Positions 50,943 to 64,000 are shown, counted from the first letter of the stretch. The stretch is DNA of 64,000 nt from Tubulanus polymorphus (GCF_964204645.1 NC_134029.1:24174950-24238949), one strand, 5' to 3'. Program-made: numbers and translations. Notes: generated by a model from the sequence alone, not told the origin.

Positions 50943-53900
50943 AATGATGCTATGATCGCCATCTATTGGATTTTGGCAGAACCGACTAGAAAGCTCTTAC
51001 TTGTCTCATCGACTCTTCTTCAGTGCGTTAAAATGACATCTGTATTCAGCATCAGGACACTGTGAATCAGTATCAGTAATTACAGGATTCGAACCCTGGA
51101 CACCCCTGTACATCCTCTATTCAGCATCAGGACCACTCTGAATCAGTGTCAGTAATTACTGGGTTCGAACCCTGGACGCCCCTGTACATCCTCTATTCAG
51201 CATCAGGACCACTCTGAATCAGTGTCAGTAATTACTGGGTTCGAAACCGGGACATCCGCTTAGTTTGATAATGCTATGATCGCCATCTATTGGATTTTGG
51301 CAGAACCGACTAGATACCTCTTACTTGTCTCACCGACTTTTCATCAGTGCGTTGAAATCACACTTGCCATCTGGTGGATTTCTATGACACTACAGTCTAA
51401 TGATGGTTATATCCACCAGATGGCGAGAGTAATTTTAAAGGATTAAAGAAGAGTCTTTGAGACAAGTAAGAGCTGTCTAGTCAGTTCAGGCAAATTCCAA
51501 TAGATGGCGATAACGTTAGAAAACCTTGATATCCCTCCCGTCGGGTACTTGTACATCCTCTATTCAGCATCAGGACCACTCTGAATCAGTGTCAGTAATT
51601 ACTGGGTTCGAAACCGGGACATCCGCTTAGTTTGATAATGCTATGATCGCCATCTATTGGATTTTGGCAGAACCGACTAGATAGCTCTTACTTGTCTCAC
51701 CGACTCTTCTTCAGTGCATTGAAATCACACTTGCCATCTGGTGGATTTCTATGACACTACAGTCTAATGATGGTTATATCCACCAGATGGCGAGAGTAAT
51801 TTTAAAGGATTAAAGAAGAGTCTTTGAGACAAGTAAGAGCTGTCTAGTCAGTTCAGGCAAATTCCACTAGATGGCGATAACGGTAGAAAACCTTGATATC
51901 CCTCCCGTCGGGCACCCCTGTACATCCTCTATTCAGCATCAGTACCACTCTGCATCAGTATCAGTGATTACTGGTTTCGAACCCGGGACATCCGCTTAGT
52001 TTAATTATGATGCTATGATCGCCATCTATTGGATTTTGGCAGAACCGACTAGATAGCTCTTACTTGTCTCACCGACTCTTCTTCGGTGCGTTGAAATCAC
52101 ACTTGCCATCTGGTGGATTTCTATGACACTACAGTCTAATGATGGTTATATCCACCAGATGGCGAAAATCATTTTAAAGGATTAAAGAAGAGTCGGTGAG
52201 ACAAGTAAGAGCTGTCTAGTCAGTTCAGGCAAATTCCAATAGATGGCGAAAACGTTAGAAAATCTTGATATCCCTCCCGTCGGGCACCCCTGTACATCCT
52301 CTATTCAGCATCAGGACCACTCTGCATCAGTATCAGTGATTACTGGGTTCGAACCCTGGACACCCCTGTACATCCTCTATTCAGCATCAGGTCCACTCTG
52401 AATCAGTGTCAGTAATTACTGGGTTCGAAACCGGGACATCTGCTTAGTTTGATAATGCTATGATCGCCATCTATTGGATTTTGGCAGAACCGACTAGATA
52501 GCTCTTACTTGTCTCACCGACTCTTCTTCAGTGCGTTGAAATCACACTTGCCATCTGGTGGATTTCTATGACACTACAGTCTAATGATGGTTATATCCAC
52601 CAGATGGCGAGAGTGATTTTAACGGATTAAAGAAGAGTCAGTGAGACCACTAAGAGCTGTCAAGTCAGTTCAGGCAAATTCCAATAGATGGCGATAACGG
52701 TAGAAAACCTTGATATTCCTCCCGTCGGGTACCCCTGTACATCCTCTATTCAGCATCAGTACCACTCTGCATCAGTATCAGTGATTACTGGTTTCGAACC
52801 CTGGACATCCGCTTAGTTTAATTATGATGCTATGATCGCCATCTATTGGATTTTGGCAGAACCGACTAGATAGCTCTTACTTGTCTCACCGACTCTTCTT
52901 CGGTGCGTTGAAATCACACTTGCCATCTGGTGGATTTCTATGACACTACAGTCTAATGATGGTTATATCCACCAGATGGCGAAAATCATTTTAAAGGATT
53001 AAAGAAGAGTCGGTGAGACAAGTAAGAGCTGTCTAGTCAGTTCAGGCAAATTCCAATAGATGGCGATAACGTTAGAAAATCTTGATATCCCTCCCGTCGG
53101 GCACCCCTGCACATCCTCTATTCAGCATCAGGACCACTCTGCATCAGTATCAGTGATTACTGGGTTCGAACCCTGGACACCCCTGTACATCCTCTATTCA
53201 GCATCAGGACCACTCTGAATCAGTGTCAGTAATTACTGGGTTCGAAACCGGGACATCTGCTTAGTTTGATAATGCTATGATCGCCATCTATTGGATTTTG
53301 GATGAACTGACTAGATGCTCTCATTTGTCTCACCGACTCTTCTTCGGTGCGTTGAAATCACACTCGCCATCTGGTGGATTTCTATGACACTACAGTCTAA
53401 TGATGGTTATATCCACCAGATGGCGAAAATCATTTTAAAGGATTAAAGAAGAGTCGGTGAGACAAGTAAGAGCTGTCTAGTCAGTTCAGGCAAATTCCAA
53501 TAGATGGCGATAACGTTGGAAAATCTTGATATCCCTCCCGTCGGGCACCCCTGTACATCCTCTATTCAGCATCAGGACCACTCTGCATCAGTATCAGTGA
53601 TTACTGGGTTCGAACCCTGGACACCCCTGTACATCCTCTATTCAGCATCAGGACCACTCTGAATCAGTGTCAGTAATTACTGGGTTCGAAACCGGGACAT
53701 CCGCTTAGTTTGATAATGCTATGATCGCCATCTATTGGATTTTGGCAGAACCGACTAGATAGCTCTTACTTGTCTCACCGACTCTTCTTCAGTGCGTTGA
53801 AATCACACTTGCCATCAGGTGGATTTCTATGACACTACAGTCTAATGATGGTTATATCCACCAGATGGCGAGAGTGATTTTAACGGATTAAAGAAGAGTC

Positions 53901-56900
53901 AGTGAGACCACTAAGAGCTGTCAAGTCAGTTCAGGCAAATTCCAATAGATGGCGATAACGGTAGAAAACCTTGATATTCCTCCCGTCGGGTACCCCTGTA
54001 CATCCTCTATTCAGCATCAGTACCACTCTGCATCAGTATCAGTGATTACTGGTTTCGAACCCTGGACATCCGCTTAGTTTAATTATGATGCTATGATCGC
54101 CATCTATTGGATTTTGGCAGAACCGACTAGATAGCTCTTACTTGTCTCACCGACTCTTCTTCGGTGCGTTGAAATCACACTTGCCATCTGGTGGATTTCT
54201 ATGACACTACAGTCTAATGATGGTTATATCCACCAGATTGCGAAAATCATTTTAAAGGATTAAAGAAGAGTCGGTGAGACAAGTAAGAGCTGTCTAGTCA
54301 GTTCAGGCAAATTCCAATAGATGGCGATAACGTTAGAAAATCTTGATATCCCTCCCGTCGGGCACCCCTGCACATCCAGCATCAGGACCACTCTGCATCA
54401 GTATCAGTGATTACTGGGTTCGCACCCTGGACACCCCTGTACATCCTCTATTCAGCATCAGGACCACTCTGAATCAGTGTCAGTAATTACTGGGTTCGAA
54501 ACCGGGACATCTGCTTAGTTTGATAATGCTATGATCGCCATCTATTGGATTTTGGATGAACTGACTAGATGCTCTCATTTGTCTCACCGACTCTTCTTCG
54601 GTGCGTTGAAATCACACTCGCCATCTGGTGGATTTCTATGACACTACAGTCTAATGATGGTTATATCCACCAGATGGCGAAAATCATTTTAAAGGATTAA
54701 AGAAGAGTCGGTGAGACAAGTAAGAGCTGTCTAGTCAGTTCAGGCAAATTCCAATAGATGGCGATAACGTTAGAAAATCTTGATATCCCTCCCGTCGGGC
54801 ACCCCTGCACATCCTCTATTCAGCATCAGGACCACTCTGCATCAGTATCAGTGATTACTGGGTTCGAACCCTGGACACCCCTGTACATCCTCTATTCAGC
54901 ATCAGGACCACTCTGAATCAGTGTCAGTAATTACTGGGTTCGAAACCGGGACATCCGCTTAGTTTGATAATGCTATGATCGCCATCTATTGGATTTTGGC
55001 AGAACCGACTAGATAGCTCTTACTTGTCTCACCGACTCTTCTTCAGTGCGTTGAAATCACACTTGCCATCTGGTGGATTTCTATGACACTACAGTCTAAT
55101 GATGGTTATATCCACCAGATGGCGAGAGTGATTTTAACGGATTAAAGAAGAGTCAGTGAGACCACTAAGAGCTTTCAAGTCAGTTCAGGCAAATTCCAAT
55201 AGATGGCGATAACGGTAGAAAACCTTGATATTCCTCCCGTCGGGTACCCCTGTACATCCTCTATTCAGCATCAGTACCACTCTGCATCAGTATCAGTGAT
55301 TACTGGTTTCGAACCCTGGACATCCGCTTAGTTTAATTATGATGCTATGATCGCCATCTATTGGATTTTGGCAGAACCGACTAGATAGCTCTTACTTGTC
55401 TCACCGACTCTTCTTCGGTGCGTTGAAATCACACTTGCCATCTGGTGGATTTCTATGACACTACAGTCTAATGATGGTTATATCCACCAGATGGCGAAAA
55501 TCATTTTAAAGGATTAAAGAAGAGTCGGTGAGACAAGTAAGAGCTGTCTAGTCAGTTCAGGCAAATTCCAATAGATGGCGATAACGTTAGAAAATCTTGA
55601 TATCCCTCCCGTCGGGCACCCCTGCACATCCTCTATTCAGCATCAGGACCACTCTGCATCAGTATCAGTGATTACTGGGTTCGAACCCTGGACACCCCTG
55701 TACATCCTCTATTCAGCATCAGGACCACTCTGAATCAGTGTCAGTAATTACTGGGTTCGAAACCGGGACATCTGCTTAGTTTGATAATGCTATGATCGCC
55801 ATCTATTGGATTTTGGATGAACTGACTAGATGCTCTCATTTGTCTCACCGACTCTTCTTCGGTGCGTTGAAATCACACTCGCCATCTGGTGGATTTCTAT
55901 GACACTACAGTCTAATGATGGTTATATCCACCAGATGGCGAAAATCATTTTAAAGGATTAAAGAAGAGTCGGTGAGACAAGTAAGAGCTGTCTAGTCAGT
56001 TCAGGCAAATTCCAATAGATGGCGATAACGTTAGAAAATCTTGATATCCCTCCCGTCGGGCACCCCTGCACATCCTCTATTCAGCATCAGGACCACTCTG
56101 CATCAGTATCAGTGATTACTGGGTTCGAACCCTGGACACCCCTGTACATCCTCTATTCAGCATCAGGACCACTCTGAATCAGTGTCAGTAATTACTGGGT
56201 TCGAAACCGGGACATCCGCTTAGTTTGATAATGCTATGATCGCCATCTATTGGATTTTGGCAGAACCGACTAGATAGCTCTTACTTGTCTCACCGACTCT
56301 TCTTCAGTGCGTTGAAATCACACTTGCCATCTGGTGGATTTCTATGACACTACAGTCTAATGATGGTTATATCCACCAGATGGCGAGAGTGATTTTAACG
56401 GATTAAAGAAGAGTCAGTGAGACCACTAAGAGCTGTCAAGTCAGTTCAGACAAATTCCAATAGATGGCGATAACGGTAGAAAACCTTGATATCCCTCCCG
56501 TCGGGTACCCTGTACATCCTCTATTCAGCATCAGTACCACTCTGCATCAGTATCAGTGATTACTGGTTTCGAACCCGGGACATCCGCTTAGTTGAATTAT
56601 GATGCTATGATCGCCATCTATTGGATTTTGGCAGAACCGACTAGATAGCTCTTACTTGTCTCACCGACTCTTCTTCGGTGCGTTGAAATCACACTTGCCA
56701 TCTGGTGGATTTCTATGACACTACAGTCTAATGATGGTTATATCCACCAGATGGCGAAAATCATTTTAAAGGATTAAAGAAGAGTCGGTGAGACAAGTAA
56801 GAGCTGTCTAGTCAGTTCAGGCAAATTCCAATAGATGGCGATAACGTTAGAAAATCTTGATATCCCTCCCGTCGGGCACCCCTGCACATCCTCTATTCAG

Positions 56901-57422
56901 CATCAGGACCACTCTGCATCAGTATCAGTGATTACTGGGTTCGAACCCTGGACACCCCTGTACATCCTCTATTCAGCATCAGGACCACTCTGAATCAGTG
57001 TCAGTAATTACTGGGTTCGAAACCGGGACATCCGCTTAGTTTGATAATGCTATGATCGCCATCTATTGGATTTTGGCAGAACCGACTAGATAGCTCTTAC
57101 TTGTCTCACCGACTCTTCTTCAGTGCGTTGAAATCACACTTGCCATCAGGTGGATTTCTATGACACTACAGTCTAATGATGGTTATATCCACCAGATGGC
57201 GAGAGTGATTTTAACGGATTAAAGAAGAGTCAGTGAGACCACTAAGAGCTGTCAAGTCAGTTCAGACAAATTCCAATAGATGGCGATAACGGTAGAAAAT
57301 ATTGATATCCCTCCCGTCGGGCACCCTGTACATCCTCTATTCAGCATCAGGACCACTCTGCATCAGTGTCAATATTTATTGGGTTCGAACCTGGGACATC
57401 TGTACATCCTCTATTCAGCATC
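50943..57422. repeat. Composite macrosatellite: ~230-bp fold-back unit plus 1-2 copies of the 76-bp B-box unit; 15 full and 1 partial monomers of ~371 or ~445 bp
   Basis: gatcgccatctattgg recurs at ~50953, 51278, 51646, 52017, 52463, 52834, 53279, 53723, 54095, 54533, 54977, 55349, 55794, 56238, 56609, 57054; each full unit closes with ccaatagatggcg-like sequence. Confidence 0.96.
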
Positions 57423-58395
57423 AATCTGAATGGCTTGTTTTCCAGTTGATTTCCGTGATATCTTATTCAGTTCAGGTTTCATACCATAAAACATGTCCAC
57501 ATGCTTTTGCCGTCCATATTAGAGCGACCTCGGGTCCAGTTTCAAGAAGATATTATTTGAATTCTTAACGGATTTAGTTTCTTCATTAACCCAGTTTGTT
57601 TTATCGAGTCTATAATCGTTTTTCGAGTGTCTATTGGGTGAATCCTTGTGGACAACGGTTGAATGATTCTGAAAAATGCATGATTTTAATTTAGGTTTTG
57701 GTCTCGTGTTTGATCGGGGGAGACTGGGGTGCTTCCTCGGTAATCTTATGAAATCTGATGTCCGGAAGCGATTTGAGCGCTCTCAGATACTTAAAGTTAT
57801 TGAATAAAACATTTAGCGACTTTTCACATCAGTTTCGTCGATCGCGAGGTCATCGTCAAACTTCGACAGTCGGATTCGACAAGGTCAAGTGCGCCACAGG
57901 CTTCTCATTTCCAATCTACTGCGACAAATAAGAATTCCCCGACATTTTGTCAGATTTATTAATTTAATTTTTTTAATTTCGCTTGATGAGATTGTCACGT
58001 GTGTAGTTTCAGTGCAGTTTACAACGTTTGTGTAATATTTCTCAGAATCCGGCGCGCGATCGGAGTAGTCGGTACTTTTCACCACATAGTTTGACCGTGA
58101 GCTAACCCTGGCAAGTGAGTCGATAATTAGTTCACGTATTTACCGCTATCGTTATATCTAGGGGCAGCACCAGACGGTTTAAAATCTGCCATCCGCTATT
58201 CCTACTGTGGCATGCGAATTAAAGAGTTTGTTTTGGATAGGTAATTCCACAATGCTGAGGCTTTATTATTGAAGAAACTACTTTCAATAAAGAGTTTAAA
58301 GCCCTTTTCTCAGAAACTATTCTTAATTTTCGTATTTATTTTCATTAAACTAGCGGTCTCGTCCGTGTTTTACTGTTACCCTTGACCTCGGCAAC

Positions 58396-58405
58396 CCGGA
58401 AGTTA
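58396..58405 (+). promoter_or_regulatory. ETS/GABP-type site near probable UQCRQ start
   Basis: CCGGAAGT at ~58397, just upstream of the probable non-coding first exon. Confidence 0.35.
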
Positions 58406-58603
58406 CTGAAGTGTTAAATAAGATTTTATTTGTGACGAAATCTATCTAACAACCACCAGGGTAAGTGTGAATTAAATGTGATCTGATTTTTCCTGAATTT
58501 GAAATGAATGTCGCTGTATTTATTCGGGGGTTTAGGGTTCATCTTACTTCAATCGCGACGATGTCTGAATATTTCAATCTAATTCAAATCAACTAAATTC
58601 CAG

Positions 58604-59121
58604 ATGGGTCGAACTTTTGGAAATCTTGGAATAAAAGTGTACGGTATCGTGCAGTACAGTCTGTCACCGTTTGAGCAGAGAGCGTTCGCTGGTATCCTGA
58701 AAAACGGAATTCCCAACACGTTTAGACGTGTGAAGGGTCAAATATTTCGATTTATGCCGCGTAAGTATCTAATATCAGTCAATTTTCAGGACCATCCGGC
58801 ATCTATTTTTACTATGAGCTTCGTAAAGACTTTATTACACGATGATATTCTGTTTGCGGAACCACGTGCACGGATGTTGGTTAAGATCTTATATCGCCTC
58901 GGGAGTTTAATCAGACATTAGACCAGTGGAACTGGTTCCATAAATATCTACTAAACTTAACTCATGATTTTACAGATTTAATAGAATTGTATTGTGTATT
59001 GTGTTTAGTTTATTGTGTATTTTCAGCTCTGGTCGTTGCGTATTTAGTTTATGATTGGGGAACGAAAGAGAACGCCCGATTCAGCCGTAAAGATCCGGCT
59101 GAATTCGCTAATGACTCGTGA
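58604..59121 (+). CDS. UQCRQ: Cytochrome b-c1 complex subunit 8 (QCR8); 2 coding exons
   Basis: Exons 58604-58760 and 59027-59121: MGRTFGNLG...YSLSPFEQRAF...GIPNTFRR...YLVYDWG...RKDPAEFANDS*. Upstream UTR donor at ~58461, AATAAA at ~59248. Confidence 0.96.
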
Positions 59122-61299
59122 TTCACAGATCTAGGAATTAAATAATCATCATTTTGAAAGAAACATCGCAACAATACAATATGAGATAGAAACAACTAAT
59201 CAATCAGTTTGAGTGTTTAGCGTGTGTGTAAATAGTTACAGCCATTTCAATAAACTAATTTTCTGTTGATGAAATTGTGGATTGTTGTTCTTACTGAAAA
59301 TTTCTCTCAAAATATTCAGGCCTGATTCACTCTCTGCTCTAGTGCAGTATCTATGATGAAAAGGCTTGTGTTTAGGATACTTGGGAGAGGATGAAAACAC
59401 CGAAGCTACTGTAGCTTTAATCAGTCGGGGAAGGACTGGATTGTTGATTATTTCTATGCCTGAGATTTTCTAAATGTCTGAAAACAGAGACCCAGTGTTT
59501 TTATTTTGAAATTGGATGATTTTCCCAAGTATTTGGGGACCCAGTTCCACAGTTGTGAGTTAAGATTCCACTCAAATGTTAACTTAAGATTTTAATAAAA
59601 ATAGTTTTAACTCTCGTCTTTGGAACTGAATCCAGAATATCCGCGGATCAAATTAATTGACTGTCCCTATAGGACACGGTTCTGAATCATTGAAAATTAA
59701 CTTACCTTAACTCAAGAATTAACTCTAATTCATAACTGAGGAAATGGATTCAGAGCAGATCCGCAGATCAAAGAGCTAAAGCTGTTCGAAAGTGTGGAAT
59801 TGGATTGTTTTAAACTTACTGATTTGTAATGATCATTATGTTGATGACTCGCCCACAGGATGACTTTAACCACTGTAAATCGAATTGCCAATTAAAACAG
59901 GTTAGAAAATTGTAAATTTGAAATACAGTTGGTTAGTTTATTATTAGATAAATACATGATATGCATAGTATACAATCGCAGGCAGAAAAAGGAGTCAATA
60001 GATTATAATACAACAGATAAAAACAAATGTACAACATTATTCTATCAGAATTCTTCAACTTATCAACCTCAAATTCAATATATATCACTAAATATCTTGC
60101 TATCAAAAACCTGTCTATTCGAAATGTCTCTAGTCTTCATCAACTATCAATAAGATTTTCAGCATGAAGTGCTGCCATCTGTAATTTCTAGAGGAAACTA
60201 TTCCGTGTAAGACGCTCGGCTAACTGTGAATTCCTTCAGCGAAATAGAATTAACGAAAAGATGACAAGGATGAAGTCCGATTAGACTTCCGGTCCTTGTA
60301 AAAACCTACACTCTCGCAGGGCAATCATTGATTTGTGAAGGAAATTCAAACCCTGCATTTTACAAGGTCATTAGCCGAGCGTTCCTGATGTAAACAGGGG
60401 CAGGTACTGACAAAATCATGAGAAATGTTGCTCCCTAGTGGCCGTATTGAATTCAATAAACGATCATAAACAAAAACCCAAAATAATTTTCTAAACATTG
60501 AAGCTGGCGCAACTGTCACCGGAAGATATAACTTATAAACCATAGCGAAAAGCTTGACGTGGAAAATACTAAAATATGATACTGGGTTTGAGTATAGATA
60601 TGTAGCAATAAAACATTAATCACACATCTATACAGTAATACATGTAATACAATAACAGTGTAATACACAGCGTATTACAGCGTGAAACATTTTACAAGAG
60701 TTGGATGGAAATGTTTTCTTTTAAAAATGACACGTACACAATATTTATACAACTATTTATACAATAATCTGAGGCGACACAAATTACTTTCAATGTTTCA
60801 TTAATTTCTAGTTATTTCAAGTTGTGTTATACTCAATACTGGAGGAACTACAGTTATCTAAATTTCTTCATCTAATACACGACTGAGACTGCTGCTGCTG
60901 CTGCAGCTGCTTACAAAAAAGCACCATTTTCAGTATATTGAAACAGCTTATTAAAGGTATACAATTTTTTCGAATGGATATTATACACATTCTCTACTTA
61001 ATCTGTTGTTAAAATTATGTATCAGTTAAAATCAATTTAGAATTTTAGCCGAAATAGGAAAATTTCATACCGGATACAACGAACTAACGAACATTCAGTT
61101 ATCAATTATAGCGAACAGATTTCCTCGTTGTCGTATTCAAGTTTTTAATGATACGATAAAACATCGAAAAACTCTTGAGATTCATGATTTTGTTTGTTTC
61201 TAGAATTGATGAATACACAGATAGATTAAACTGAAGTGTTCTATTTAAACGATGATGATTTCGTCAAACAGTCGAGCTGAATGATGATAGGTTTAAACA

Positions 61300-64000
61300 T
61301 CAGGATTGTTGAAGCGTCGATGATATTTGATCGTGGAATTCGTAAAGTTCCGTTAATTTATTTCCGACTTGTTGTTGAAGCTGAAGTAATTCCTGTCGTT
61401 CTCGCGACTTCGAAGATCTCTGAGATTCTAATTCCGATTTAGTTTTCGTCACCGTCGATTTCAATGATTCTCTCTCTTGTTCTAAAGCCTAAAATTTAAT
61501 CAAAAACCGACATCAGTTTTAAATTCTAAACCGATTCGATTAGATGAGGGACCATTCTGCTATCTCAGCCGACAAGTACAATGACTTTCTACTGTATTTT
61601 GTCTCGGATTTCACAAGACCAGTAATTTACTCAGCAAGGCATTGAATTCAGGGGATGTCTTAGCGTAAGAGCATTTTAAACCTCGATGTGCTCTGTGGCT
61701 TGTGGTGTATGCCGTTACGAGTGGAGAGGGTTAATTAATCCATTAACAAACCTCCCTCTAGTCTCTCTTTCTCAATAAGCTGCTCATTTAAAAATACTTT
61801 TCCCATTAATGAAAGATTAATCCTTATTAAAGGAAATCTATATTCAATTACTGCACATTCGATATTAATCATTGAATGTTTGCCTGCGTTGCACATAAAT
61901 GTGAGGGATAAAGGAAACCCTCACTAAAACCATGGAGTAATTATTTGTCATCCTCTGTCAGATTGTTGTGTAATGTACCTGAATTCGATCCAATAACTTT
62001 TTATTCTGACTTTCATATGGTAATAATTCATCGACTTTAGTCTTGAGATTTTTCACTTCCTGAAATGAAGAAATCATTCAATGTTTTAGTTTAATGTGAA
62101 ATGACACTGTAATCTTTAAAAATCCCGGGATCCAGGTCAACAGGTCTGGGTTGAATTCGTCTTTAAACATTGAAAATGTACAAATCTTAAGACTCTTAAC
62201 TCACAACTGAGTAACTGGGTCCAGCTCATACATCTTAGTAAAACCCTGGCTCACTCTCTAGATCTCAATAAAACCCCAAGATCTCTAGATCTCAGTAAAC
62301 CCCCCCCCCCCCACTCTAGATCTCAGTAAATCCACAGATCTCTAAATCTTAGTAAAACCACTAATGAAGTTAGTCTGTGACACTTGCTCTCAATAGTGTC
62401 GCGCTGTAGACAGTTATTAATAGTTCAGTTCAAATATCCCACATCAATTAACAATTTCATGTCAAATATAAATCACAAAATTGCGAACATTACGCAATAG
62501 TTTAATAGTTTATGCGAGATAAAGCGATTTGAAGATCAGAGATAAAATCAATTTATGGTAAATGGAAGTTTAAATGTTGAAATGAGTCACGTAAAAAATA
62601 AATCTACTTTTAGAAAAACTCATTTAAACCCCTGCAACAAGACAAATAGCTGCGTCTGTAGTTCTCAGTGGGATTACGAGTGATGCTTTACTATCAGTGC
62701 TTAGTGACAAGCGGATTCGAGTCCTGCTGTCTGTTTACATTGTGCAAGCTATACTTCAAAGGGTGTGGTCCTATGGTGAGGTTGAACGGACGATTCAATA
62801 GGGCTAGAGTCTTGGGAAACCAAGATTCAAATGATGTAAACCATGACAAACTTGATAATTTTGAAATTGAGTGGGTCTAATTTTCTGTTTATTCACTTAC
62901 AATCTCTTTATCTTTAGTTTCTAGATTCACAGCTGTTAGACGATCGGTCAGATCTGCTACTGTACTCTGTAATTGATGGTTTCTAACCTCCTCAGCATTA
63001 GCCTGTCCTTGTTCTAAATCAGCTACCTATAAATCAACAAACAAACATAACTTTACTTCATACATTCATGATAAACATAAATCTATCTCGCCGAAACCGA
63101 AGTACAATAGGCTGCAGTTTAGTTTCTTATAATCAGATATTAGTTTAAGTCCACTCAGATGACTAACTGCAGTACAAAGTTGAAATGATTTACGATTTAT
63201 TCTTGAACAATTGAACTGAATAAAATAAAACAGTAAATCAACTACGTACCTTGCGTCTTAATCGCGCGCATTCATCTTTATAAGACGCCAGCTGTTTCTT
63301 CCATTCTTCCACGTTTGAATTGCTCTCCTGTAAAGCCGTAGTTAATCGTGCGTTGTTGTTTTTCAGGGTTTGAAGTTCTATTTCCCATTTCTTCGCGTTC
63401 ATTGAGCTATTGAAAAAAATACAACCACATCAGTAAAACATTGGTAGGTACCGGGTCAGTACCGACATATCAGCGGGTCAGTACCGACATCAGTCAGTTC
63501 CAGGTCAGTACCGACATCGGTCAGTACCCGGTCAGTACCGTCATCAGTCAGTACCGGGTCAGTACCGACAGATCAGTGGGTCAGTACCGTCATCGGTAAG
63601 TACCCGGTCAGTACCGTCATCGGTCAGTACCCGGTCAGTACCGTCATCAGTCAGTACCGGGTCAGTACCGACAGATCAGTGGGTCAGTACCGACATCAGT
63701 CAGTTCCGGGTCAGTACTGACATCGGTCAGTACCGGGTCAGTACCAACAGATCACTGGGTCAGTACTGACATCAGTCAGTTCCGGGTCAGTACCGTCATC
63801 GGTCAGTACCCGGTCAGTACCGACACATCAGTGGGTCAGTGTGTAATACAAACCTCTGAGCTAGAGCCAGTTTCAGCCGATCATTTTCGTATTTTAATTG
63901 CCCGTCTGATGTATTTTCTGGAAGACCTGGTTTGTTACCCTTGTTTTTACGATCAGTCATCGAAGGTGAATTCTCTTTCAAGTTTTCTTCCAACTCTTTA
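61300..64000 (-). CDS. HOMER: Homer scaffold protein, C-terminal coiled-coil exons (5' part outside window)
   Basis: Exons 64000-63854 (partial), 63406-63250, 63026-62901, 62059-61979, 61488-61300. [54 protein letters not shown] matches the Homer coiled coil. Confidence 0.92.
63447..63840. repeat. Minisatellite built on GTCAGTACC filling a Homer intron
   Basis: Recurrent ggtcagtaccg/acatcagtcagt subunits. Confidence 0.9.

Noticed and set aside
51085-51260. Functional tRNA gene array
   Set aside because: The 76-bp units have a T-arm/B box but no acceptor stem or proper D arm by eye.
50943-57422. CRISPR-like repeat-spacer appearance
   Set aside because: Intervening segments are themselves repeated, units are far too long, no cas genes, and the context is eukaryotic.

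Overview
AT-rich, intron-rich eukaryotic DNA from a bilaterian invertebrate (probably lophotrochozoan; inference). I reconstructed eight protein-coding genes by reading GT-AG boundaries by eye: a DUF4239/bestrophin-like membrane protein (-), an SLC16/MCT transporter (-), 15-exon RARS1 (+), a very degenerate intronless GPCR-like gene nested antisense in RARS1 intron 10, an SLC7 L-type amino acid transporter (+) with a duplicated, probably mutually exclusive TM9-TM10 exon, a CDKL5-like kinase (+), UQCRQ (+) and the 3' part of Homer (-). The most striking non-coding structure is the ~12.5 kb block between CDKL5 and UQCRQ (45.0-57.4 kb). There, two different tandem repeats (a 42-bp satellite, ~85 copies, and a ~370/445-bp fold-back macrosatellite, 15 full copies) are both built around matches to the CTCF core motif, often with an upstream-module-like 9-mer 8 nt before it. 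The macrosatellite also carries Pol III B-box (TFIIIC-type) units, making the block a candidate repeat-built insulator or chromatin boundary. The window also has many small palindromic MITE-like elements, two LINE 3' fragments, tRNA-derived SINE-like heads and minisatellites. No database searches were run; coordinates and copy counts are manual and may be off by a few units.
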